Shown here: positions 9,855 to 20,730 of the stretch, in pieces
How the letters are laid out: each line of letters starts with the position of its first letter
Position numbering within the stretch: the stretch's first letter is position 1
Assembly: GCA_965235115.1 (NCBI GenBank)
Contig: OZ249448.1
Coordinates: 3,410,001 to 3,474,000, forward strand
Source: Laetmonice hystrix
Taxonomy: Eukaryota
Reading direction: 5' to 3'
Length of the DNA stretch: 64,000 nt
Program-made: the position numbers and the translations under genes
The notes under the pieces: generated by a model
What the model saw: only the letters and a program-made list of their open reading frames with translations
The model's database searches: none
What the model was told of the DNA's origin: nothing

Positions 9855-12800
9855 ATGCCACACTTGAAGCAGGAGAGCAAAAATGGCATGGAACCGCTGT
9901 GGAAGGAATGGGACTATTTGGCACAGAAGAAGGGAATTCGGCACACAGTGTACTCTGTGAACGGGGACGAGTATACGGGAGAGTGGCTGGACAATAAAAA
10001 ACATGGTAAGTTGAAACCTTCGGCGTTTGAAAGATGTTTTTTGGTTGGCTCCAACCTTAGATAACCCCTATTATCGCTCATCGCCCAAGTAACATACGAC
10101 TCGAGTTACGTCAGTCATGTGGTTGTTTGTTCTAAGACTAACCCAACACGGTATCAGTGGCCTAAAACATGAGTTTGAAATGCGGGTGTGCGATATGTAG
10201 ACTAGATCTAGAATAGAAAGGACTTGCATCACTGCCAGACCCGCCAACCTTATTCTGTTGAAATGCGGGATATCATCCCCCAAAACAGCATGATTTTGTA
10301 GAATTTTTTTTAGATTCAATGGGACATCAGGGACAAAGCAGATACCGGTAGTACAAAACTGAACTATAATTTACCGTAAAAAAAACCATTTTATTTCCAC
10401 AAATGTTAAAGTAGCCTTTTTCAGCCTTGGTAAGGAGGTAGGCTATGCAATGAACCAACTGGGCTTAGACCTATAACGTTAACAGGTAGGCTAACTAGGG
10501 CTCTCAGACAGAATATGAGACACTAGACTGGACTGGAAACCAGTTTGGTGAGTGGATTTTAGGATGTAAAAGCGGGCTATGCATTAGCAATCAGATCCAG
10601 GACAAATTGCATTTCTAACTTGGGTGGTCGCGGGATGCGGGCAGACAATTAAATGCGGGAATGTCCCACCAAAAAATGGGACGTTTGCAGGTCTGCACTG
10701 CTGTATCATGACATATGAACTCGCTTATCAGTATCTGTTACGCTGGCAGCTGTCTCTTTAGTAATACAAAATTAATATCTTTGATGGGGCTGGGTGTGGG
10801 TGGTGATGGAAGGTTTTCACTGGAGCCCGGGCGGTGTGGCGTCGGCTGGCAGCCCACCCAGGCAGCTTGATGTTACACGGCAGTGGCAGCAGCCGAGGGC
10901 CTGCATACAGGCCGGCCAGGCTCAGGCTGGCCCCATCGGGGGCTGGCAGCCCGTCCAGGCAGCTGGATGTTACACGGCAGTGGCAGCGGCCGAGGGCCCG
11001 CATCCCCGGCCAGGCTCAGGCTGGCCCCATCAGGGGCTGGCAGCCCGTCCAGGCAGCTGGATGTTACACGACAGTGGTAGCGGCCGAGGGCCTGCATACA
11101 GGCCGGCCAGGCTCAGGCTGGCCCCATCAGGGGCTGGCAGCCCGTCCAGGCAGCTTGATGTTACACGGCAGTGGCAGCGGCCGAGGGCCTGCATACCCGG
11201 CCAGGTTCAGGCTGGCCCCATCGGGGGCAGGGTAACCAGGAGGGGGAAGACAACCCATATTCGGGGCTAAAATGGCAAATGTCAGATGCCCAGGTCTGTT
11301 TTGCAATAAATTAGCCCCAGTCAGACCCAGAATATGGTACTTGCCAACTGGGCGTGCGTTCTGTGAATGTCTAGTACCCCGAGCCGAGCTCAAATTTTGT
11401 CGCCTCGGTTGAAAGGTTGACTCTAAATGCCACCCCTGTAATAACAGTGTCCCAACACAAGAATAGGTATTTCTGCATTGAGTCAACTGCTTCAACTCTA
11501 GCTGAGACTGGCTCGACAAGTGGCCAATGGATGCCAGCAGAGAGGTCCCCCCCCCCCCCCAAACCTTGGTTAAGTATTAATAAGATGTGCAGGAGTCTAA
11601 GCAATTTCACAGGAATCTCACAAGTCTGGCTCAGTCTACCTTGTGAAATTTCACAAAAATAATATTGTCATATTTCAAAGAGCAATGTGATTCTCCTACC
11701 TTTGAATACCTTGTAGTTGTACATGTACATAATGATTACCTTTCTGCAGTGTTGATGAGACTGAAGTCTGGCTGTTCCCTACGATCCTCCATGGCTCAAT
11801 GAACAGCCAGCAGTAGGATGTGCTGTTATAATATTAATGATTACCTTTCTGCAGTGTTGATGAGACTGAAGTCTGTTCCCTATGATCCTCCATGGCTCAC
11901 TGAACAGCCAGCAGTAGGATGTGCTGTTATAATATTAATGGTTACGGTAGTTATTGCCAGACTGACTTTCAATAGCCGACCACTAGATCAGAAGGAATCA
12001 ATACATGTGTCCTTTACTGAGTTTGACAGCTGCCGGTTTACGCCGTTAACAAGTTGTAATGATTGTGCAGTGATCCGAGACTGATGCTGCCTGGTGACGA
12101 AAGGTAAACTAAAACCTCCACACTCGAGCATAGTCCACCTTTATGGAGTCGGCTAAAGGTACCTCCAGAACTCCATCTCTTCCGAGATGGAAGCAGCAAG
12201 TAAAGATCACAGAAAAGGATGGAGCTCGGAACATGATTTATAGTGTTAACGGAGACCAGTATCGTGGCGAGTGGAAGAAAAACAAAATTCATGGTAGGAT
12301 TTTGCAGCTGGGGTTTGCATTTCTGCAAAAGTCCTGACACATATTTGAGGACTTGACAAATTTTTATTTATTTCAGGTTGGCTGTATATAAAATTGTACT
12401 TGCAGGAGTTAACTCATATAATGTTTATTTATAACCCTTTTGTATGTTAGGTCCCTGATTGGATTGAGGTAAGTGTTTGTACCCTGCCACTTGGTGTTAC
12501 TGTGGTATGGATTGACTGGAAGTACCTCGCTCCCAGTCGTGGCATGGATACAGTGTTTACTAACACAGGCATGGATCATTAGTTGTACACTCATGTTGTT
12601 AGGACATATCTTGTTTTAGTTCATTCAGCAGATTTATCTGGTCAATTATAAGAAGGTCTAGTTTATGAGTTTATGTTTTAATATTTTAATGTAGATGTTA
12701 GATGAGAAAAGTAATTTTTGAAATATAACTGAATAATATAACTTTAGGGTAATAGATCAAAGAACAAATTAAAAAAAAAAATGTGCACAGCTTATTGAAC

Positions 12801-15800
12801 AGGTCATTTTTTACAATATGAGTTTGACTTTTCACTGAAGAATTAGATGTTCAAAGCAAAGTCCACCTGTGAATTCAAGGGGGATTCACAGTGTATGCTT
12901 GTCACTGTGACACTATACACTGACTTGGTCTGTTTGTGAAACATTGTGGATTTCATCCTATTTTTACATGGTGCATGAAGTTGTGGCTGTCACTGAGACT
13001 ATGTGACCATTGAATGAAGCCTGACGCCACAGTTAATGTGACCTCCCATTAATAGGCTGCATTTATAAACGGAGGCAAGATTATTATTTTTGGGACAATG
13101 CTTTGAGTCCAGATAATGATATAGTTTAAATTAAGTTAGCATTAAATTTAAAAGGAAACCAGGAAATATACTGGTGAAGTGCTTTTGTACTGCGTGCTGG
13201 CAGTGCAAGGCTAACAGAAATACCGTATGTACCATTGTACCATATCATGATATGTACCATTGTACCATATACCGCGGTACACCATTGTAGGCCGATACTG
13301 CCATACTATACGTCATTATCACAAATTACACTAATTTTAGAAGTACAATTTTACAAGTACATTTCATGGTTGGCTTTAATTGTTTCATGACATAAATTAA
13401 ATGCCCCATTTTCGCCATTATTTTCATTAAAATTCCTAATGTTTTGTGACAGGGAAGGGGACGTACAAGTGGAAGGCTAGTGGCGCCATCTATGATGGCG
13501 ACTGGCGTGGAGGCCAGCGGAATGGTTACGGAACACTGAGTCGGTGGCAGCCCGGCGGCGGCTATCACAAACAGTACTCGGGCGGCTGGAAGAATGACAA
13601 GCGACATGTAGGTTTCTCTTAACAAACACTTTAACCAACAATATGTCAATAGCTATGGTTTTCACTTTTGGCCAAGCGAAAATTATTTTTCTCAAAATGT
13701 CTGATTCAGCAAGATCAATGCAATTGCAATGATATAGATTGATGTACTTTTAATGTACATTGTATAAATATGTAACTTATTTCATTTTGTGGAATAGGCA
13801 TGGTAGAAAACATTGAACTATATTGTATGAATACATGTAGCTTTGTTGAACTTGAATCCATCTAACTTCAGTCCTTTTCAATGCACCAAAATGTCCCGAA
13901 AAATTCGGTTGTAATGTCGGACCTTATCACTTTGATGTAGGGCTCCAGGATCCATTCCTAACCATTTGGTGGCATGTGTTTGATTGTAGGGTTACGGAAC
14001 TCATTTCTATGCGGAGGACGAGTATTACGAGGGGGAGTGGTATGCAGACCAGCGAAGTGGTTGGGGCCGCATGTACTTTGGTGATGGTACTATATACGAG
14101 GGCGAGTGGTACGACGACCAGCGCAACGGACAGGGAATGCTGAGACTAGGTGAGAATGGTGAGGGAATGCTGAGGCTTGGTGACAATGGTCAGGGAATGC
14201 TGAGGCCAGGTTAAAATAAAGGAATGCTAGGAGGCTTGGTGAGAACGTTCAGGGAATGCAGAGACTAGGTGAGAGCAGTCAGTGAATGCTGCTCAAGGCT
14301 AGGTGAGAGCAGTCAATGAATGCTGAGGCTAGGTGAGAGCAGTCAGTGAATGCTAAGGCTAGGTGAGAGCAGTCAGTGAATGCTAAGGCTAGGTGAGAGC
14401 AGTCAATGAATGCTGAGGCTAGGTGAGAGCAGTCAGTGAATGCTAAGGCTAGGTGAGAGCAGTCAATGAATGCTGAGGCTAGGTGAGAGCAGTCAGTGAA
14501 TGCTAAGGCTAGGTGAGAGCAGTCAGTGAATGCTAAGGCTAGGTGAGAGCAGTCAGTGAATGCTAAGGCTAGGTGAGAGCAGTCAGTGAATGCTGACGCT
14601 AGGTGAGAGCAGTCAGTGCATGCTGCTCAAAGCTAGGTGAGAGCAGTCAGTGAATGCTGAGGCTAGGTGAGAGCAGTCAGTGAATGCTGAGGCTAGGTGA
14701 GAGCAGTCAGTGAATGCTGAGGCTATGTGAGAGCAGTCAGTGAATGCTGAGGCTAGGTGAGAGCAGTCAGTGAATGATGCTCAAGGCTAGGTGAGAGCAG
14801 TCAGTGAATGCTGAGGCTAGGTGAGAGCAGTCAGTGAATGTTGCTCAGGGCTAGGTGAGAGCAGTCAGTGAATGCTGCTCAGGGCTAGGTGAGAGCAGTC
14901 AGTGAATGCTGCTCAGGGCTAGGTGAGAGCAGTCAGTGAATGCTGCTCAGGGCTAGGTGAGAGCAGTCAGTGAATGCTGCTCAAAGCTAGGTGAGAGCAG
15001 TCAGTGAATGCTGCTCAAAGCTAGGTGAGAGCAGTCAGTGAATGCTGAGGCTAGGTGAGAGCAGTCAGTGAATGCTGCTCAAGGCTAGGTGAGAGCAGTC
15101 AGTGAATGCTGAGGCTAGGTGAGAGCAGTCAGTGAATGCTGCTCAAGGCTAGGTGAGAGCAGTCAGTGAATGCTGAGGCTAGGTGAGAGCAGTCAGTGAA
15201 TGCGGCTCAAGGCTAGGTGAGAGCAGTCAGTGAATGCTGCTCAAGGCTAGGTGAGAGCAGTCAGTAAATGCTGAGGCTAGGTGAGAGCAGTCAGTGAATG
15301 CTGAGGCTAGGTGAGAGCAGTCAGTGAATGCTGAGGCTAGGTAAGAGCAGTCAGTGAATGCTGCTCAAGGCTAGGTGAGAGCAGTCAGTGAATGCTGAGG
15401 CTAGGTGAGAGCAGTCAGTGAATGCTGCTCAAGTCTAGGTGAGAGCAGTCAGTGAATGCTGCTCAAGGCTAGGTGAGAGCAGTCAGTGAATGCTGCTCAA
15501 GGCTAGGTGAGAGCAGTCAGTGAATGCTGAGTTTAGGTGAGAGCAGTCAGTGAATGCTGCTCAAGTCTAGGTGAGAGCAGTCAGTGAATGCTGCTCAAGG
15601 CTAGGTGAGAGCAGTCAGTGAATGCTGAGGCTAGGGGAGAGCAGTCAGTGCATGCTGCTCAAAGCTAGGTGAGAGCAGTCAGTGAATGCTGAGGCTAGGT
15701 GAGAGCAGTCAGTGCATGCTGAGGCTAGGTGAGAGCAGTCAGTGAATGTCGAGGCTAGGTTAGAGCAGTCAGTGAATGCTGAGGCTAGGTGAGAGCAGTC

Positions 15801-18732
15801 AGTGCATGCTGCTCAAAGCTAGGTGAGAGCAGTCAGTGAATGCTGAGGCTAGGTGAGAGCAGTCAGTGAAGGCTGAGGCTAGGTGAGAGCAGTCAGTGAA
15901 TGCTGGGGCTAGGTGAGAGCAGTCAGTGAATGCTAAGGCTAGGTGAGAGCAGTCAGTGAATGCTGCTCAAGTCTAGGTGAGAGCAGTGAGTGAATGCTGC
16001 TCAAAGCTAGGTGAGAGCAGTCAGTGAATGCTGAGGCTAGGTGAGAGCAGTCAGTGAAAGGTGAGGCTAGGTGAGAGCAGTCAGTGAATGGTGAGGCTAG
16101 GTGAGAGCAGTCAGTGAATGCTGCTCAAGGCTAGGTGAGAGCAGTCAGTGAATGCTGAGTCTAGGTGAGAGCAGTCAGTGAATGGTGAGGCTAGGTGAGA
16201 GCAGTGAGTGAATGCTGAGGCTAGGTGAGAGCAGTCAGTGAATGGTGAGGCTAGGTGAGAGCAGTCAGTGAATGCTGAGGCTAGGTGAGAGCAGTCAGTG
16301 AAGGCTGAGGCTAGGTGAGAGCAGTCAGTGAATGGTGAGGCTAGGTGAGAGCAGTCAGTGAATGGTGAGGCTAGGTGAGAGCAGTCAGTGAAGGCTGAGG
16401 CTAGGTGAGAGCAGTCAGTGAATGGTGAGGCTAGGTGAGAGCAGTCAGTGAATGCTAAGGCTAGGCGAGAGCAGTCAGTGAATGCTGAGGCTAGGCGAGA
16501 GCAGTCAGTGAAGGCTGAGGCTAGGTGAGAGCAGTCAGTGAATGGTGAGGCTAGGTGAGAGCAGTCAGTGAATGGGGAGGCTAGGTGAGAGCAGTCAGTG
16601 AATGGTGAGGCTAGGTGAGAGCAGTCAGTGAATGGTGAGGCTAGGTGAGAGCAGTCAGTGAATGGTGAGGCTATGTGAGAGCAGTCAGTGAATGGTGAGG
16701 CTAGGTGAGAGCAGTCAGTGAATGCTGAGGCTATGTCAGAGCAGTCAGTGAATGCTGCTCAAGTCTAGGTGAGAGCAGTCAGTGCATGCTGCTCAAGGCT
16801 AGGTGAGAGCAGTCAGTGAATGCTGAGTCTAGGTGAGAGCAGTCAGTGAATGCTGCTCAAGGCTATGTGAGAGCAGTCAGTGAATGGTGAGGCTAGGTGA
16901 GAGCAGTCAGTGAATGGTGAGGCTAGGTGAGAGCAGTCAGTGCATGCTGCTCAAGTCTAGGTGAGAGCAGTCAGTGAATGCTAAGGCTAGGTGAGAGCAG
17001 TCAGTGAATGCTGCTCAAGGCTAGGTGAGAGCAGTCAATGGATGCTGAGGCTAGGTGAGAGCAGTCAGTGAATGCTAAGGCTAGGTGAGAGCAGTCAGTG
17101 AATGCTGCTCAAGGCTAGGTGAGAGCAGTCAATGGATGCTGAGGCTAGGTGAGAGCAGTCAGTGAATGCTGAGGCTAGGTGAGAGCAGTCAGTGAATGCT
17201 GCTCAAGGCTAGGTGAGAGCAGTCAGTGAATGGTGAGGCTAGGTGAGAGCAGTCAGTGAATGGTGAGGCTAGGTGAGAGCAGTCAGTGAATGCTGAGGCT
17301 AGGTGAGAGCAATCAGTGAATGCTGAGGCTAGGTGAGAGCAGTCAGTGCATGCTGCTCAAGGCTAGGTGAGAGCAGTCAGTGAATGCTAAGGCTAGGTGA
17401 GAGCAGTCAATGGATGCTGAGGCTAGGTGAGAGCAGTCAGTGAATGGTGAGGCTAGGTGAGAGCAGTCAGTGAATGGTGAGGCTAGGTGAGAGCAGTCAG
17501 TGAATGGTGAGGCTAGGTGAGAGCAGTCAGTGAATGGTGAGGCTAGGTGAGAGCAGTCAGTGAATGCTGCTCAAGGCTAGGTGAGAGCAGTCAGTGAATG
17601 CTAAGGCTAGGTGAGAGCAGTCAGTAAATTCTGAGGCTAGGTAAGAACAGTCAGTGAATTGTGAGGCGAAGTGAGAGAAGGCCAGTAGAATGACACGAAC
17701 CACTGACCATTAACTGTTTCAGGCATGTACCTTACCATTCTCCGTTTAATTGCAGCCTCCGAGAACCGGTACGAAGGGTCGTGGAAGAACGACAAGAAGA
17801 ACGGGGCCGGCAAGTTTTACTACCTTGACAAGGGGCAGGTATACGAGGGCGTGTGGAAGGATGACGTGCCCAAGTGTGGGCAGATGACGGACTTTGACAG
17901 GGAGTCAGCACCTGACGCTACCCAGTACCCGATTCCATCGGTAAGGCGGTCAGCTTTTTTCATGTTGGGGCAGGGGAATTTAATTCAACTTTCCTTTTTA
18001 GTAATGCATGATCCCATTAAAAGATTTAGAAATCGGAATATTTCCATGGAGGAGAAAACGTGCACAAATGTAGATCTTAAAAATCACTATAAACCCTAGC
18101 CCGAGACAAAGGTTTGTTGTTTGCAGTTGTTTCTGTCTCAGACAAAGGTTTATTGTTTGCAGTTGTTTCTGTCTGAGAGAAAGGTTTGTTAGCGTTTGTT
18201 TCTGTCTGAGACAAAGGTTTATTGTTTGCAGTTGTTTCTGTCTGAGACAAAGGTTTGTTACCGTGTGTTTCTGTCTGAGACATAGGTTTATTGTTAACGG
18301 TTGTTTCTGTATCAGAAAAAGGTTTATTGTTTGCAGTTGTTTCTGTCTGAGACAAAGGTTTGTTAGCGTTTGTTTCTGTCTGAGACAAAGGTTTATTGTT
18401 AACGGTTGTTTCTGTATCAGAAAAAGGTTTATTGTTCACAGTTGTTTCTGTCTGAGACAAAGGTTTGTTAGCGTTTGTTTCTGTCTAGACAAAGGTTTTT
18501 AGTGTTTGTTTCTGTCTCAGACAAAGGTATATTGTAAGCGTTTGTTTCTGTCTGAGACAAAGGTTTATTGTTAGCGTTTGTTTCTGTCTCAGACAAAGGT
18601 TTATTGTAAGTATTTGTTTCTGTCTGAGACAAAGGTTTATTGTTACCCTCTATTGTATGGCAGGTTGAGCTGGCACAGCGGGACCAGGTGCTGTCGGATG
18701 CCCACCATCAGTTCCTCCAGGACCAAGACTGA
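9855..18732 (+). CDS. MORN3: MORN repeat-containing protein 3 (239 aa)
   Basis: Exons 9855-10005, 13453-13607, 13990-14149, 17756-17940, 18664-18732; all introns GT-AG, phases 1,0,1,0; total 720 nt. Translation MPHLKQ...YSVNGDEYTGEWLDNKKHGKGTYKW...GWGRMYFGDGTIYEGEW...ENRYEGSWKNDKKNGAGKFYYLDKGQVYEGVW...CGQMTDFDRESAPDATQYPIPSVEL...QDQD. MORN repeats and the C-terminus are colinear with vertebrate MORN3 as recalled. Confidence 0.93.
10236..10695. mobile_element. MITE-like element in MORN3 intron 1
   Basis: Imperfect TIR CAGACCCGCCAACCT versus reverse-complemented right end CAGACCTGCAAACGT; CACTGC directly flanks both ends; repeated AAATGCGGG motifs inside. Confidence 0.45.
10844..11226. repeat. 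GC-rich tandem repeat, about 4 x 94-97 bp
   Basis: Unit GGCTGGCAGCCC...GATGTTACACGGCAGTGGCAGC...CAGGCTCAGGCTGGCCCCATC starts at 10844, 10941, 11035 and 11132. Confidence 0.92.
11731..11939. repeat. tandem duplication, 2 x about 105 bp
   Basis: AATGATTACCTTTCTGCAGTGTTGATGAGACTGAAGTCTG...GCTGTTATAATATT occurs twice. Confidence 0.9.
12143..12293 (+). CDS. MORN3: alternative (duplicated) first coding exon of MORN3
   Basis: MESAKG...PRWK...YSVNGDQYRGEWKKNKIH-G|GTAGG; 151 nt and a phase-1 donor exactly as exon 9855-10005; 22 of 50 residues identical; in-frame TAG at 12131-12133 upstream of the ATG. Confidence 0.8.
14133..17680 (+). repeat. 30/34-bp minisatellite in MORN3 intron 3, derived from the exon-3/intron-3 junction
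   Basis: Consensus GCTAGGTGAGAGCAGTCAGTGAATGCTGAG (30 nt), with CTAAG, GTGAG and CTGCTCAAG (34 nt) variants; roughly 110 units estimated from length; edges are degenerate. Confidence 0.97.
18102..18644. repeat. 33-39-bp minisatellite in MORN3 intron 4
   Basis: Unit (CT)GAGACAAAGGTTT(ATT)GTT...GTTTCTGT repeated about 15 times. Confidence 0.92.
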
Positions 18733-19669
18733 GTGACCACACACTCCGCCACGGCAGGCGTCCTCCGGCCTGCAGGACCGCCGGCATTGTTATCTTCTCC
18801 AGGTGCCAACGGAGGCATTTCGTGCAGTACTCGTGTACTTGTATACAAACAAGCTAAGTTTGGTACAACTAGTGTAGTTATTTAAAACTTCAAAATACCC
18901 ATTGCATGAATGAAAGTGCTATATTTATTTTTATTTCTTTTCTGTAACTTCTGAGGCATAGAATGAAAGTAGCACCCTGATCGTATGTATAACATAATAT
19001 AGCCTATAGACTCAGAGTGAAGTTCATGTGAGAGTATCTGTTAGTGATTTTATTTAAGACAACGCGATAAGACGGAATCATGTACCAATTAAATACGAAT
19101 TCATAATACTATTGGCAAGAGTACAAACGTCGCTTCACTTCTTCATATAACAGATAGCAATATATAAAAATGTAAATTTTACCCGTGTAAGGTCATAATC
19201 ATAAAATGCACACCGTTTGTGTGTCGTTATTCAAGTGTATCTGTGATAACTGATGTCAAAATCCAGACGTCTATACATGTATTGTTAAATGTTATTGCTG
19301 TGTATCTGTGATAACTGTTGTCAAAGTCCAGACGTCTATACATGTATAGTTATTGTTAAAAGGTGTGTCAGAAAGATGCAGCGCTATCTCATGAGAATAT
19401 CCTATTATAACGAGTATTATATTGAGTGTGTGAGAGCGGTACATGGTCAGATCTATGAACCAAGTCAATGTGATAATTGTCAGCCTGTTAGTGTAAATAA
19501 TAAATGACCTCATTACAACATGTGAGAAATTTGCTTGTTTTATGTAGGGGCGAATCCATATACGTAAGGCTTTGACTTTGGCAATTTGTCCATCTTTCTT
19601 TTGAAAAGGTAACTTTTCAACCCCGTTTTATCTCTTTCCAACTTTCCTAATCCCCAGCCCCACCTTGAC

Positions 19670-19908
19670 CAGGCCCGTAGCCAGCCTTCCAGGTGGGGGG
19701 TGGGGGGTCTGGACTTCGATGGGCGGAACAAGGTATGGTTGGGCAGTCTAGGACAGGGCCGTAGCTAGAAATTTGTGAGTTGGGGGGGGGGGGCAGTCAT
19801 GGGTGGATCTAGGAGAAGGCGAAGGCTGGGCAAGGGATGGGCAACTGGGGGGGGGGGGTCGTCCGACCCCCCCCCCCCCCCACCCCCCACCCCCTGGCTA
19901 CGGGCCTG
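19670..19908. mobile_element. nested or compound GC-rich MITE-like ends (CAGG(G/C)CCGTAGC family)
   Basis: CAGGCCCGTAGCCAG at 19670, CAGGGCCGTAGCTAG at 19754 and CTGGCTACGGGCCTG ending at 19908; same terminal family as 32081-32269. Confidence 0.5.
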
Positions 19909-20015
19909 TTGACGTAGACCCTGTGAGCCGGGAGGGTAACACTGTGATGTCAAGGTTGGTTTCTAGGATTCGTTGAGATCCATTTGAGGGAGAACCCCCC
20001 TCCCCCCCGGCCCAT

Positions 20016-20103
20016 CCCAACCAGACACCCCCGTCTCACACACCCCAACCAGACACCCCCGTCTCACAAACCCCAACCAGACACCCCCGTCTCACACCCC
20101 AAA
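20016..20103. repeat. 3 x 28-bp tandem repeat
   Basis: CCCAACCAGACACCCCCGTCTCACA repeated three times. Confidence 0.85.
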
Positions 20104-20730
20104 CATAAGTCGATCCACATGATTTTATTGATTACACAAGATTTTATTGATTACTCTGATCGTACCGTTATCACGGAGGTATATACGGATCAAGGTATAC
20201 CTCAGCAGGACCATTGTTGTCCTTACTCCTGTTCTGGCTCTGAAAAAGGGAAATAATGTACTTAACGAACATAATTATCTGTGGGCGGCCGCCAGATAAT
20301 ATCATTAACTGGCGGTCATTATAATAAACGTAAAATTAATTAACTGACGAGTTCCATATCAAATATCTTCTCCCTGACATAAAAATATCATCACTCTATA
20401 GATGCTACCCCTAGAAGCCCCCCCCCCCCTCCACCCAATAAAAAGAAATTAAAATAAAATAATAAGTCGGACTTCGTTTATACGAACAGCTTGGTGTCCA
20501 TTAAAATATGTTAGGATTGTGAAAAATACGGATTTCTGAATAATTTTCAATAGAAAATGGTGGAAGTTGCCAGAAAGTGTGTTCGGATTGTGAGGTACAA
20601 AATATATAGATCTACGGATTAAAGAATAAAACCCCGGATATACCCAGTAGGGTAAGACAACCATAAACGCCAGTAGTCGTACCTGAGTAGTGTTACAGTG
20701 CGGGCGGAGTTAGCTTGGTTGGTGGAACGT

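Noticed and set aside
10758-11270. Several overlapping ORFs of 65-158 aa
   Set aside because: Products of a stop-poor GC-rich 97-bp tandem repeat in intron 1; no recognisable domain.
14150-17640. Recursive-splicing (AG|GT ratchet) sites in the minisatellite
   Set aside because: The AG|GT words lack an upstream polypyrimidine tract; kept only as decoy donors.
14133-17680. CRISPR-like appearance of the 30-bp array
   Set aside because: Units are contiguous with no unique spacers, there are no cas genes, and the array lies in a eukaryotic intron.
18077-18502. ORFs 18077-18460 (TETTANNKP repeats) and 18263-18502
   Set aside because: These are translations of the intron-4 minisatellite.
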